Origin: Chrysomallon squamiferum
Taxonomy: Eukaryota > Animalia > Mollusca
Reading direction: 5' to 3'
NCBI GenBank assembly: GCA_012295275.1
Contig: CM022666.1
Span: forward strand, 8,246,001 to 8,310,000
DNA: 64,000 bases
A model generated the notes under the pieces. It was given only the letters and a program-made list of their open reading frames with translations, was not told the DNA's origin and searched no databases. Positions 13,260 through 27,830 of this stretch are shown piece after piece. The stretch's first letter is position 1. Each line of letters opens with the position of its first letter. Made by a program: the position numbers and the translations under genes.

Positions 13260-13493
13260 AATAAATAAGTTTAAGTAAAGGAAAGTATGTATTTAAATAA
13301 ATAAATAAATTTAAATAAAAGAAAGTATGAGTATAAATAAATAAATAAGTTTAAATAAAGGAAATTATGTATGTAAATAAATAAATAAGTTTAAATAAAG
13401 GAAAGTATATATGTAAATAAATAAATAAGTTTAAATAAAGGAAAGTATGTATGTAAATAAATAAATAAGTTTAAATAAAGAAAAGTATGTGTA

Positions 13494-13500
<7 letters not shown>
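13260..13500 (+). repeat. 40-bp A-rich minisatellite, copy 2
   Basis: Units aaataaaggaaagtatgtatgtaaataaataaataagttt. Confidence 0.9.
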
Positions 13501-13532
<32 letters not shown>

Positions 13533-15285
13533 ATGAATATATAAATACAATAGTTATATTATTCTGAAGAAAAGATTTTTTATTATTTCATGGTTTATTT
13601 TAGACAAAAAGTAAATTTAAAAAAATAAAATAAAACTAAGAAATGTTATTAATATTTGTGTTGGAACAGTTTGTTGTGTCTTATAGTATAAACAAAATTT
13701 CTTTTATTTTTTTAATATTTATTTATTTTTCCCCACAAATATAAATATTATTAATATATATAATTAAATTGTACCTAAAATGCAGCAACACTGAGTCACC
13801 TGGTGAGTGATGATACCCCCACCTCAGGTAGGCTAATACAGGATAACTCTACTTGAATGTGAGTTATCTGCCCACCTCAGAGTGGTTAATACAGATTAAC
13901 TCATACTTGAAAATGAGTTAACTGGGGGACTGTTCACCTTAGGTGCAGAAAACATTATTTTATTTTATTTTTAGTTTAATGTTATCACAATTTCTAGTTG
14001 AGAATCACAATTCTAAAGCATCTAATTATGATGATGATATAATGCTATTTGTCAGACTACTGGGATTTTTTATTGAAAATGGTTACTAATATTAATCATT
14101 CAAATCTACACTGTTACCATAACAACAAACACAATTTTCTTTTTCTTTTATTTGAAAACTTTAATATGGTTTGAGAATATATATATATATTTGGGGAAAA
14201 ATAACAAAAAGGGAATATATTAAATATATCAACAATATCCTGAAAACCAGTATTACAAGAAAGAAAAAAAAATTAAAAAAAGTTATTCTTGCCTGTTAAA
14301 AAAATTAAAATATCCTTTACCAAAAAACTTACTTGAAGTGCATTCAAATATATTTTAATTTGTATTTTTATTTTAAATTTAAATGAAAATAAAAATGATG
14401 TATGATCAATATATCCTGTACAAAAAGAATCAGCTTGAACTTCATTCAAAGAATATTTTAATTTATATAAATTAAAAATTTCCAGGTATAAAATAACTTT
14501 CAGATTAACAATTTATTTTTAAAATGTTATTAAAATAAATGTGTTTTATTGTTGTTGTTGTTTCATTTTATTTTTTTTCAAAGAACTGTTTTTATAAATA
14601 CTAAAGTATACTTGTGTTATTAACAAAACCTGAATCCATATTATATAGTTTCAAGTGATTTAATAACTGATGACCATTGTTTACTAAAATTAATGGAGAC
14701 AATAATGAAAAGATTATGGATGAATCATTCAGAGAGATTTTTAACACATTAATTTTTCAACATTTTTATTAATAAATGATTACTAAGTTTAGTTTCTATA
14801 CAAGTTTGTTACACTACTGTCATGCTTTAATATTAACAATCACATGCATTTTATAATACTGTCAAACTTTATTACTAGCAAAGGTTGACTTCTTGTAGAA
14901 AATAAAACAATTATTTTATGAAACAAACAATAAAATCATTTGAAAGTATACACATTATTCTAGAATTTAAAAAAATAAAAATATCTTAGATGTGTGTAAA
15001 ATTTATTTAGGCTTTTTAGGATATTTAAAAGTTAAAAGCACCAGCTTAAATGCACTTTAACATTTAATTATAAAATAAAAAATATACAGTAATAATAAGT
15101 AAAAAGTGGGATAAGCCCCTACAAAAAAAAAAAAAAAAAATTGATTAAAACCTTTAAAAATAAAAGAAATGTTTCCCAATAAGTTTATAAGAAAAAATGT
15201 ATTTGTGCATAAATGTTTTTTGTTATTGAATTTTCATTAATTTATTAAATTTAATAATGATCTTTACACCAATTAACCTGAAAAT

Positions 15286-15319
<34 letters not shown>

Positions 15320-15598
15320 TAACACAAGATCTGCATATAATAAAGATCTATAATCTTCCATAAAAGGAATACCTTCTGTTGTTATTATTATATTCTGCTG
15401 CTGCTGCTGCTGATGCTGCTGCTGCTGCTGCTATACACAAACATATATTATCATCATCATCATTATTAAACAATGATCTTTTTGCAGAATACACACGTCT
15501 TTTGATCAACAGCTAGAGTCAGAATTAAATTATTAAATTTAGTGTAAGTAATAATGCTTTAAGTAATGAACCCCGCCCCCCGAAACAAAATGCATATG

Positions 15599-15675
<77 letters not shown>

Positions 15676-15897
15676 TACGGCAGACAAATCAGTAAAGCAA
15701 AAAAGGTGCTAGTTACCATCACTCAACATGTCAAGGGAAGCTAATCCGTCAGAAAAGAACGTATTCGAACAAACAACCCCGCTGTCTTTCTTCCATTAAC
15801 AACGATTTTATATGGAAAGGAAACGATCTTGATGGCATCAATGAAAGAATGAGGGTACTCGCATGTGAAATCAATTTTGTTGTTATTATTGTTATTA

Positions 15898-15935
<38 letters not shown>

Positions 15936-16107
15936 TTTAATTTTTATTTTTTTGTATTTTTTTTTTTTTTTTAGCTCCTCGGTGCACCTTGGAACACCTT
16001 CCCAGTAATCTTTTCCTCTGTTGCTGACGAAATATATAATGTTTCTGACAAGATGTCAAATACAAGTGCATGGGGGCAAAAAAAAAAAAAATCTGAAATT
16101 CTCGTTC

Positions 16108-16231
16108 AAATGGCGCTAACAAAAAAGTATTTCTAGAAGATTTTGTCCTTTGAGAAATTAATTATTATTAAATCTTTATTAATTATTATTTTATTGTTTT
16201 TGTTCTTGTTTTTGTAGTTCTTGTTCTTTTT

Positions 16232-16275
<44 letters not shown>

Positions 16276-16345
16276 CGTTACTTCGATAACAGTCGAAAAT
16301 AGCCGAATAATAACGACAATGACGTCAATAATGAAATAACGTCAC
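16108..16345 (+). promoter_or_regulatory. Putative promoter of module copy 3
   Basis: AAATGGCG at 16108, imperfect heat-shock element TTCtaGAAgaTTt at ~16132, TGACGTCA at 16320 and AACGTCA at ~16338. Confidence 0.5.
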
Positions 16346-16619
16346 ACTCAGAGGACAGCCATGTTCATTGTCATGTGTTTTTTTCCCTTGCTTAATTTTT
16401 CAATATGTAAGGTAGGAACTTATTATTTCAGAATAATATTTTGATCAAAGATTAATCTCAGAAACATAATATAAACTATTTGTGAAATCACTATATTTAA
16501 ACAAACAATAACAAAACAACATAGCCTGATTCGAACCCAATGTTTATATCCATGTAATGTCTGTACAGTATTTGTATGTCTCTTTGTTTACAGTGGATAA
16601 CAGTTTATTTGTCTTTTTT

Positions 16620-18090
16620 AAATTTATATTTGTGAACTGTGTTTCCATGTTTGTATGTAACTGTATTGTCTATATGTTAGTTGTATAGTTATTTATATGT
16701 TTGTGTATTGGGTCTCGATGTTTGTATTTATATGTTTCTTTACTGTCTACATGCTAGTTTTATATTTATTTATATTTGTGTATTGTGTCTCCATAATTGT
16801 ACCTGCTCCTTTGCTTTTTATTTACTTGCTTGTTGTGTTGTGTCTGCATGTTTATTTTATATTTACTGCATGTTTGTTTTATATTTACTTGTTTGTGTAT
16901 TGTGTATGTTTGTTTTATATTTATATGTTTGTCTATAGTGTCTGCATGTTTGTTTTATATTTACTTGTTTGTGTATTGTGTATGTTTGTTTTATATTTAT
17001 ATGTTTGTGTATTATGTCTGCATGTTTATTTTACATTTACTTGTTTGTGTATTGTGTCTGCATGTGTATTTTATAGTAATATGTTAGTGTATTATGTCTG
17101 CATGTTTGTTTTATATTTATATATTTGTGTATTGTGTGTATATGTTTTATATTTATGTTTGGGTATTGTGTCTGTGTGTTTGTATTTATCTTTGTTTATT
17201 GTGAGTGCATTTATATGTTTCCATATTCTACCTTTATGTTTGTTTTATATTTACGTTTTTGTATTGTAGTGTATTGTTGTTTTATATTTATATGTTTGTG
17301 TGTATTGTGTCTGTAAGTTTGTTTTGTATTTATATGTTTGTGTATTGTGAATGTATGTTTGTTTTATATTTATATGTTTGTGTATTATGTTTCCATGTTT
17401 GTTTTATTTTGTTTGTCTAATATCTGTATGTTTGTTTTATGTTAACTTGTTTGTCTAAAGTCTGCATGTATATGTTATGTTAACTTGTTTGTCTAAAGTC
17501 TGCATCTTTGTTTATGTTAGCTTGTTTGTTTAATGTCTGCATGTTTGATTTATGTTAACTTGTTTGTACAATGTCTGGATGTTTGTTTTATGTTAACTTG
17601 TTTGTAAAATGTCTGCATGTTAACTTGTTTTATGTTAACTTGTTTGTCTAATGTCTGCACCATGTTTGATTTTAACTTGTTTCTACAATGTCTGCATGTT
17701 AACTTGTTTTATGTTAACTTGTTTGTCTAATGTCTGCACGTTTGTTTGGTTTTAACTTGTTTGTACAATGCCTGCACTTTTGTTTGATGTTAACTTGTTT
17801 GTACAATATCTGCATGTTTGTTTTTTATGTTAAATTGTTTGTACAATGTCTGCATGTTTGTTTTATGTTAACTTGTTTGTCTAATGTCTGTATGTTTGAT
17901 GTTAAATTTTTTGTACAATGTCTGCACGTTTGTTTGATGTTCACTTGTTTGTACAATGTCTGCATGTTTGTTTTTGGTGTTAACTTGTTTGTACAATGTC
18001 TGCATGTTTGTTTTATGTTAACTTGTTTGTACAATGTCTGCATTTCTGTTCTGTATTAACTTGTTTCTCTAATGTCTGCATGTTTGTTCT
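16620..18090 (+). repeat. Compound 38-40-bp array, copy 3 (later units caatgtctgcatgtttgttttatgttaacttgtttgta)
   Basis: Tandem units are visible directly. Confidence 0.93.
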
Positions 18091-18899
18091 GTGTATATGA
18101 GTATTTATGTTCAGTTATTTCTAGGGAGATGTGTCTGTGTTTATACTTTTTATGTAATTATGTATTTGTATGATGTGTTTTTGTTATATGTGTTTATAGT
18201 AGAAACATGGATATAAACATTAAGTTCACAAATATGTCACACCTATTTACTGAAATACAAGGATAACTATACTGAATGAGAGACTTACGAACAGACAATG
18301 ACTAGTTTTAAGAGTTAAGATTAGTTTGTAACTGAAAAGTCACATGACATGACATCAGCTGTCCTCTGGTCAGTGTAAGGTTCTCAGATTGGAGTTTATT
18401 TCAAATTTGGTATCTAGGAAATCAAACTTGGCAAATTTTACTGTAGAATTCTCCAATCTCCATTATTTTGGTGAACTGTCAAAATTTGCCTCAAATATTT
18501 ACTTTTTGTTTGTTAAGTTTTTTACTTTTTGTTTTGATAGATGCTTCCAAATTTTACATATATTATAGGACACAACTACTGTATATTTTTAAACATTTTC
18601 CTCGACTTCATTTTTTTGGTGTCAGGAATAATATTAATTAGTAAATATAACATGAAACAGAAACTCTAAACCAAAAATAAATGATTTTGACATTATAGAA
18701 GTAAACTTGTTTCTCAGATTTTTAATTATTATTTTATGTTTATATCTAAATACTCTCATTATTGAAAATTTTTATTAATAAATAAATATTTATAAGGAAA
18801 TAATAAAAAAGTATTTAAAGATAAATAATTAAGAGAAATGGTATGTATCTAAATATTATAAATAAATAAATGAAATTATGAATTAAATTAAAGTAACAG

Positions 18900-19345
18900 T
18901 AAATAAATAAATTTAAATAAAGGAAAGTATTTATATAAATAAATAAATTTAAATAAAGGAAAGTATGCATGTAAATAAATAAATAAGTTTAAATAAAGGA
19001 AACTATGTATGTAAATAAATAAATAAGTTTAAATAAAGGAAAGTATGCATGTAAGTAAATAAATAAGTTTAAATAAAGGAAAGTATGTATGTAAATAAAT
19101 AAATAAGTTTAAATAAAGGAAAGTATGTATGTAAATAAATAAATAAGTTTAAATAAAGGAAAGTATGCATGTAAGTAAATAAATAAGTTTAAATAAAGGA
19201 AAGTATGTATGTAAATAAATAAATAAGTTTAAATAAAGGAAAGTATGTATGTAAATAAATAAATAAGTTTAAATAAAGGAAAGTGTATATGTAAATAAAT
19301 AAATAAGTTTAAATAAAGAAACATATGTGTATAAATAAATAAATA
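18900..19345 (+). repeat. 40-bp A-rich minisatellite, copy 3 (about 11 units)
   Basis: Near-perfect 40-bp periodicity. Confidence 0.93.
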
Positions 19346-20420
19346 AATGAATATATAAATACAATAGTTATATTATTCTGAAGAAAAGATTTTTGATTAT
19401 TTCATGATTTATTTTAGATAAAAAGTAAATTTAAAAAAATAAAATAAATCTAAAAAATGTTATAAATATTTGTGTTGGAACAGTTTGTTGTGTCTTATAG
19501 TATAAACAAAATTTGTTTTATTTTTTTAATATTTATTTCTTTATTTTTACCCCATCATTCCTCATCATATTTTTACTTTTTATATAAATATTATTAATAT
19601 AATTTTTTAAATTGTACCTAAAATGCAGCAACATTGAGTCACCTGGTGAGTGATGATACCCCCACCTCAGGTAGGCTAATATGGGATAACTCTACTTGAA
19701 AATGAGTTATCTGCCCACCTCAGAGTGGCTAATACAGATTAACTCATACTTGAAAATGTGTTAACTGGGGGACTGTTCACCTTAGGTGCAGATTAACATA
19801 TTTTCAAATAAAAATATATTTTGTTAGAAAAATAACATATTTACATAAAAATAAATAAAACATTTAAGAACTAGTCTCTGCCTTTTATTCAGCATATGTT
19901 AAAACGTGACAGAGTTAGTATTTTTACAGATTAATTATTTGACTGACTGATCTTTGAAAATCAAAATAATTAATAAAATGTTACAGAAGACTTGTGTTAT
20001 TAATAAAACCTGAATCCATATTGTATACTTTCAAGTGATTTAACAACTGATGACCCATCCTTTTTACCAATAATAAAGGACACAATAATGAAAAGTTTAT
20101 AGATGAATCATATAGACAGCATTTTTAATTTTTTAATTTAATTAAAAGCAGATATAATTTAGTTTATATAAACAAATGTAACAAAATAATAACAATAAAT
20201 AAGCTTAAAAGAAATAGCAATTTTTCTTATTTCTTCTTTTTATATTACTCTCAGATCTTATTATTTGCAAACATTAATTCTTAACAATCCCATTTATGTT
20301 AGTCATATTTAATTATTATAAAAATTTAGTTTTTTAACGTTTTTGTTTTATTATCCTCATGTAGGTGCATTAAATTTTAGTTTTGATTTTGAACGTTTAA
20401 ACTTGTTTTCACAAGATAAG

Positions 20421-20552
<132 letters not shown>

Positions 20553-20694
20553 ACTAACCCACACAGTAACACGTACCAGCACATAAAGGAATTTGTATTA
20601 GTTTAAAGCATGCTGAGAATACAAATGCAGTTCGCGCGAAAATGACCGACATGTCAAAAAGAAACTCTCGAGGTATCTCGTTGACATAAGTGTC

Positions 20695-21718
20695 ATGGCC
20701 GCAGCGAAGCTTCCTGCACGTGTGTTAGATGTTGTTTGTTCGTATTTAGACACTGCTGATTTAAAGAATTGTGCTCTTGTATGTAAAAACTGGTATAAGT
20801 TCTTAAACGATGAAAATAACGACGTTTGGCGGTACCACTGTATTAAGAAATTGGCAGAAGAAACCCTCAAAACAGACATTTTATGCAATGTACCAACTTA
20901 CAAAGCTAAATTACGAGCATATTATCACGCATGGAATCAAAATGACTGTTCAGCGAATATGTACGTCAAATCAGACGGATTCACGATTCACCGAATGCCT
21001 GTTGCGCGAAGTACGGACGGTGTTCGAGGGAAAATAGGTTTTCGTACCGGTCGTCATTGTTGGGAAGTGTGGTGGGAGGGACCACTGGGAACTGTGGCAG
21101 TGGTGGGGCTAGCTGCCAAAAGTACACCAGTACAGTGCCAGGGATACCTGGCCCTCATTGGCAGTGATGACAGTAGTTGGGGGTGGAATCTTGTAGACAA
21201 TCATTTAATGCACAACGGAGATATTCAAGCTAGTTATCCCCAATTGAACAATGTTCCTGCCTATCAGGTAACGGTCATATTATGTCACTGAGCTGTCTGT
21301 GTTTAACTCATATGTTTCATATTTTTTTAAATCTATAACATATATATTGAAATTCCTAATGATTAATATTGTGGTCTCAGTTTGTCATCAAGAGGCATAT
21401 ATATATATATGACATAAGAGATGCAGTTAAACCTGTGCATTGTGTGCAAATGTTTTGTGTAATATTAATTCAGTTTGGAAGTGAAAACCAGCATGACAAA
21501 ATTAGTGCATGCGAATTAGATGCTCAGATCAGTAACAATGATAATTAAAGATCCAGTGTTCATGAATGCATGATTTTAGTGTATTCCAAGTACCTACAAA
21601 TTTAATTAGTTCATGCATGTTCTTTGTGTAATTTTCATTTTATTTTATTTTACATTTGAAAAGTAGTTTCAATTATGTGGAGGCTTACGCATGCAAATAT
21701 AAATCTCTTTCTTGCATC

Positions 21719-21752
<34 letters not shown>

Positions 21753-21964
21753 CACACACTTTCCTAAATAAAAATAAATGTACATAGATTTGATTAATTT
21801 GATTGGAATGAGCTGGTTGAATGATTATATAATTATAATTGTTGTAAATCAGCTTATACTCTTATGCTAGTAATCCTAAATTGTCTTAACTTTTATGCAA
21901 GCATATTAAGACCAAAAGGAATGTTGATACTTTAAAACTGCAAACTTTAAACCAATAATAAGAC

Positions 21965-22052
<88 letters not shown>

Positions 22053-22757
22053 CTATTGTTTTCTCTCTATCTGTCTGTTTGTATCTTTCATATTGCTTTT
22101 TATCCCTTTCTATCAGTGTTTTTATCTGTCTTTTACTTTAAAATAATTTTTAAGATGTTTTAATATCAAGAATTAAGTATTAGTTAAGTAATTACTGATA
22201 CTGGTTGAAATGGAAGATTTTGAGAGTTAATCCTAAGAAATAATTGCTACTGAATATCTTGCTTTGAGTTAGTTTCTCACTTGCTGGTTAGCACTTAAAT
22301 TAAAAAACCAGATGTTGATTTATATATAAACACATCTGCTGTCAGGTGAGAGAAATAGCATACTAATTATACCTGAATTATCAAGGTATTCTAATGATAC
22401 ATATTGTAATGGAAACCAGTCAGTGGTATCATGACAAATTAGATTTCAGACTATGTCAATTTTCTTTAATTACAGTAATAACAGAGTAAATTATTTTTAT
22501 AATTATTTTATTTACAGATGTGTTTTTTTAAAATACTAAAAAACAAGTAATTTATCAGTTATTGTAAAATATTAAATTGTAAATTGTAATGTTGATGATA
22601 CATCAAACATAAAAAAAACAAAAAAAAACAAATCTTTTTGGTAGAATTAAAAAAAGAAAGAAAAACAGACTTAATTATCTTCTCTTTAATTATTGTTTTT
22701 CTATCTCATGTTCTCGATTTATTTTCACTGTTTATTGCATTTCTTTACTATCCACAG

Positions 22758-22826
<69 letters not shown>

Positions 22827-23793
22827 TTTTATTTAAAATACATTGCCTTGACATTGTGAAAAGCATGTAAGTACTTATTTATTTATATTCAGTTTTATAA
22901 TGTGCATTTCAAATGTGAATATGTTTATAACATTTAACATTTCTAAATATGTATACATTTGTCAAAAATAAAAAATAAATATTTCTTTACAAAAATAATA
23001 CTGAAAAGTTAAATATAAGGGTCATATTTGAATAAATAAATAATACTGAGACATTTATAATTAATAAATATTATTATATTTTATAGACAGGCGAAAGAAT
23101 ACGAGTCATATTAGACTGTGATGACAACACATTAGCTTTTGAAAAAAATTACGAATTTTTAGGTAAGTTACTAGAATTTTTTTAAATATTAATCAGTTTT
23201 AGATTTATGTAATGAAAATTATGAATTTTATGGTATTAACATTTCTGTTAATAAAATTTAATTTATATTCATAAAATTAAATATTATTTTTAATTAATAA
23301 TTTGTTGGTAGATGTACTAAATTTAATATAATTGAAATTATCTTGCCTTTGAATGCTGGTTTAAAATTATCAACAATTTTTATTATTATTATTATTATTA
23401 TTGTCATTTTGTTGAATGATTTTTATATTAATTTTACTTTTTACAGTATTTATAATAATTGATTTTAACAAGTATTTATTTATTTAGTTATTATTAATTT
23501 GATTTTTATTATATTTATTTGAATTTTTCTTTATTCAATATTTAATTAGTTTAAATTTTTATTTTTTAATTACTACACAAGTAATATTATTATTATTATT
23601 TTTTTATCTATCTATTCTTTATTTAATTATTATAATTATTTTTTTAAACATCTAATATAATTTCAATTATTTTGTTTCAACAGGGGTTGCTTTCCGGGGC
23701 TTACCAAATATTCATTTGTTTCCAAGCATATCAGCAGTGTATGGCAACACAGAAGTGTGTATGGTTTACCTTGGTCCACCATTGGATGGATAA
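20695..23793 (+). CDS. FBXO45: F-box/SPRY domain protein (FBXO45/Fsn orthologue), 252 aa
   Basis: Exons 20695-21267, 23087-23162 and 23684-23793 join in frame with GT-AG introns. F-box [13 protein letters not shown]...[12 protein letters not shown] motifs [20 protein letters not shown] and SWGWNLVDN, and C-terminus [20 protein letters not shown]. Confidence 0.96.
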
Positions 23794-24177
23794 TAGAATC
23801 AGACGTTTTTATCACAGACTTTCTTTTATATATAATTATATATATATAGATATATGGATGTTGTTTACTCTTCATTGTGAAGTACAAGATATGTTTTTAT
23901 TATTATTACAATATTAATATTATAGTTATTATTATTATTATTTGTTTGTTTGTTATTTTTATTTATTTTTAGCTTGTGGTACTGCTTCATAGCCCCACCC
24001 ATGTCCTAAACTCCCCTCTACATTTTGAAGAGAATAAACATTGAACAAAACAGGGCATTATATAGAAATTGCTTTGTGATCTCTGTATCTACAAGTGGGT
24101 GTTGTATGAATAATTACTGTTTGATCATTTCTGTTGTTGTATTTATTCAGGGTCTTTTTATTTATTTTTCTAAATTT

Positions 24178-24225
<48 letters not shown>

Positions 24226-24226
24226 T

Positions 24227-24264
<38 letters not shown>

Positions 24265-24493
24265 TGTGATACAGCATTAAAACATTTTAAATCATACATA
24301 CAGATGTAAAGACATTTTTAGTGTGGCCAGAAATTGTTATACGTATTGTTACTGGTAGGTATAATATATATATATGTGTGTGTGTATATCTATATCTTTA
24401 TCTATATATAACATGTTCTGTTATTGCTAGGTATAATATAAATTATATATATCTATAATACCTAGCAATAACAGTACATGTCATATATATATT

Positions 24494-24530
<37 letters not shown>

Positions 24531-26060
24531 ATATATATAATAATCAATAAAAAAACAACACCATTAATAATCACCTATACATTTTTGTTGTCATGGTCAT
24601 TAGTATTTTATGACGTAGTGGCTAGTCTGATGTATGGATGACTGGACTTTGTGGTCAGTATATCTATATCTCACATTTATATACATGTATGCAAATGTCT
24701 GCATAACAGCCATCTATGAAATGAATAATAATACTAAGAATCTTTTAATCAGTCACAAACATTCATTCAGAGCTGTGTAAAATGCTATTCCAAGAAAGAC
24801 AACTGTATCTCCATTAGAGTAATTTCCCTTTTGCTTCCATTTTTAAGTTGGTGGATTGTTAGTTGCATTGAACTGTCAGACTATGAAATAGAATTACTGT
24901 TAATAGTGATAATATTATCAGTACTGTCACATTGTTTTGTTTTACAAAAGTGCAGATACGATCAGTTTAAATGTACTTCCTGCTTTTTTTTCTCTCTCTC
25001 TCTCCTATCTACCTTTCTTTCATTCCTTTCTCTCTCTATCTTTCAATAATATCCAGTCCGAAAATTTTTTTCATACTAGTTTGTATTTATCATTGTAATA
25101 ATTATCTTTCTTTATTATGAGAACAAGTCATACCAAAATATAATTTAAAAAATAATAGTTCCAGTAGTTTAAAATGAAAATAACAAAAAACCCCAAAAAT
25201 ACTTTGTACATTAAAAAAAAAAAAAAATGAACAATTTTGATATTGATGCATATTTATTAAAAACAATTATAAAAAAAATTAAAATTAAAATTTTAAAAAA
25301 ATTACTACTGCTAGGCAGTAACTACATATATAATTATACATTAAGATAAAAAAAGATTTTAAAATATGGTCTTTTTTTCTGATTTTCTAATTCTGTAATA
25401 AACAGGAAAGACCTATGTTGTATGAAAGTATAGTGATTTTATCTCCTTAATATGATTGAAGATTTTAAAATATTTTTAAATATGATTGTTTCTCAGTTAG
25501 TATGTAAATCTGTAGTATTTCAGTTCAGCTTCATTCACACTACATGACTTAGAGAACCAATTGTTAATATACATTTATAACATGCAGATAAAAATGCTGT
25601 CTTGTAAGCTGTTAGATTTATAATGATTAGAACTTAACTTGTATTTTCTAACAAACATTTGATATATATATAGCAAAATACATATAATTTTTCTTCTTTA
25701 TTTGGTATTTACTTCCTCTTTATATATTTTTATTATTATTATTACTATTATGTTTTCTATTGTTATTTCATTTTCTTTATCATTATTATTACTTTTATTT
25801 TATTTTTTTGTCAGTGTGTGTGTTCATAAAATTATACACATAAAGATCCACATGAATTCAACAAAAACAACAAACGAGAGATACACAAAAATACGTCATG
25901 TATTTATTTATACCTTTTGTCTGTCACTAGGGGCAGATAATCTTGCATGAAAGTTGTTTAGTTTTTACCTTGGTTATTGAGCTAGAGTTGACTGTATTTA
26001 CAGTCAATAGAATTTATTATATTATGACTTAGAGGAGTGTTTGTGTATTGTTGATGTGTA

Positions 26061-26111
<51 letters not shown>

Positions 26112-27830
26112 TGCTCAATGAACATTCTGTAATAAAAATGTAATTTTCTTTTTCAAAATGTGAGTTTGTGTTTCTATATTTAAATTAAAAAAATATATAT
26201 ATATAATATCTTGCCATATTAATGTAGGTAGAACATTAAAAAAAGTAATAAATTAATTAATTAAATAACTAGAATTGTTTTAATAAAATTTTATAATACC
26301 TTTTTTTTTTTGATCTCATACGTTATTTATTTATTTTTTTTTTTTTTTTTTCAGGGGAGTTAAACAGACCATAGTTCAGCCTAATACTAGTAACTCAGCC
26401 TCAGTTTGCTAAGATTATTTGCATACATGCATTGCTAATGTAATAAGTACTGCCAAAAATAACAACAGTAACAATGACAGCAACAACAACAACAACAATA
26501 ATGGAATTTACTCTTCAGTTACATTTTTATAAAAATTTGGTGAAAAAACTTTAAATGGTTCTTCAAACATTAACTTTCACAGAGCATGTTAAAAAAAACG
26601 AAAAAATAACCCAACAAAATAACATTAGGTATTAATAATTTATTTAAAATTTTCAGTGTATAATTAATACAACTTACAAAACACAACATACTAGAAAACT
26701 AAAATGTATGCATAAAACAGACATTTCAAGTGTAAAATGATAATTCTACAAATACAGAAAATGATTTATATAAAAATAATTAGAGATATAAAAAATGCTG
26801 AGGAAGTATTTGTTGTGTTTTACTGAATAAAATAATTATTTACATTTATAATGAAAAATGTATAAAAGAAGAAAGGAAATGTATAATCTGTAACTGAAAA
26901 CATAATTTTATATTAATCTGAAATCAGAATAAAACAATAAAAATACAACAAAAACAACTTCACTATCAACAATTATCAGGTAAACAGAAACTCAATAAAA
27001 TTAGAGTAGAAACCTGCTGTAGCCATAGCTAGGACTAATTTTTAAACTGCAAGGGATATTTCACTGGTTTAAGTTTTATGTACACTTTATTGATGGTATG
27101 ATAAATCAGATCTGACAGCAAATGGTTGGAACAGGAAATATCTCAGTGAGTGCAGTAACCAGAATCTGACTTCTAAACTGTCATATAGCATTTTAGAGTG
27201 AACACAAGAATGTGTATAAAAGGGAAAACTGTAGTGTAAAATATATATAAATAAAAGATACTGTATAACAAGGAAAACAATTGTGTAAAATGTATATAAA
27301 CACAAGAAATTGTATAATTAAAAAAATATAGGTTATACAATCTGTAAGATGCATGGGACATCATTATTTACTTCTGTGTTCTATGTAAATTAAATATATT
27401 AAAACACATATAAAATATAAAAAAGGCAGGGAAAATTTACTCTTTAGAAATGTAAAAAAAAAAAAGAGGCTGGTCATTTAAATGAACGAGAAGAAACTTC
27501 TTAATCATCTGACCAAGAAAACTTTCAACAGCTGTATGTATATTTTAGAATGCAGACATTACAATGCATACTTTAAATGTTGTTGAATATGTAATTATAA
27601 AACTGTGAATGCTGATATAAAAGTGTGACATTATGAAATCAGACATGTATCACTATGAATGTGATTGATGTACATCACTATGAATGTGATAAGTATATAT
27701 TACTAAGACATATGCTGTATCATAGATGTGCCACTGAAAATGTTATAATGCTACTGTTAATAAAGTGCAACATGTCCCACAGATATGTCAGTATAAAAGA
27801 GTGACAATGTGTGTCATATACATGTCACTG

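Larger units (their letters stand above)
7545..13945 (+). ncRNA. Tandem non-coding module, copy 2 (candidate repeat-rich lncRNA)
   Basis: Upstream block 7545-8090 is shared with copy 3. Intron 8148-8347, arrays ~8370-12400, invariant block 12678-12793, 40-bp A-rich array ~13260-13500, hairpin block 13774-13944. Confidence 0.45.
15727..19990 (+). ncRNA. Tandem non-coding module, copy 3 (candidate repeat-rich lncRNA)
   Basis: CRE 16320-16327, intron 16412-16593, arrays ~16620-18090, invariant block 18339-18454, A-rich array ~18900-19345, hairpin block 19617-19787. Confidence 0.45.

Noticed and set aside
20598-21037. Antisense and shifted ORFs over FBXO45 exon 1
   Set aside because: These are shadow ORFs of the real coding exon.
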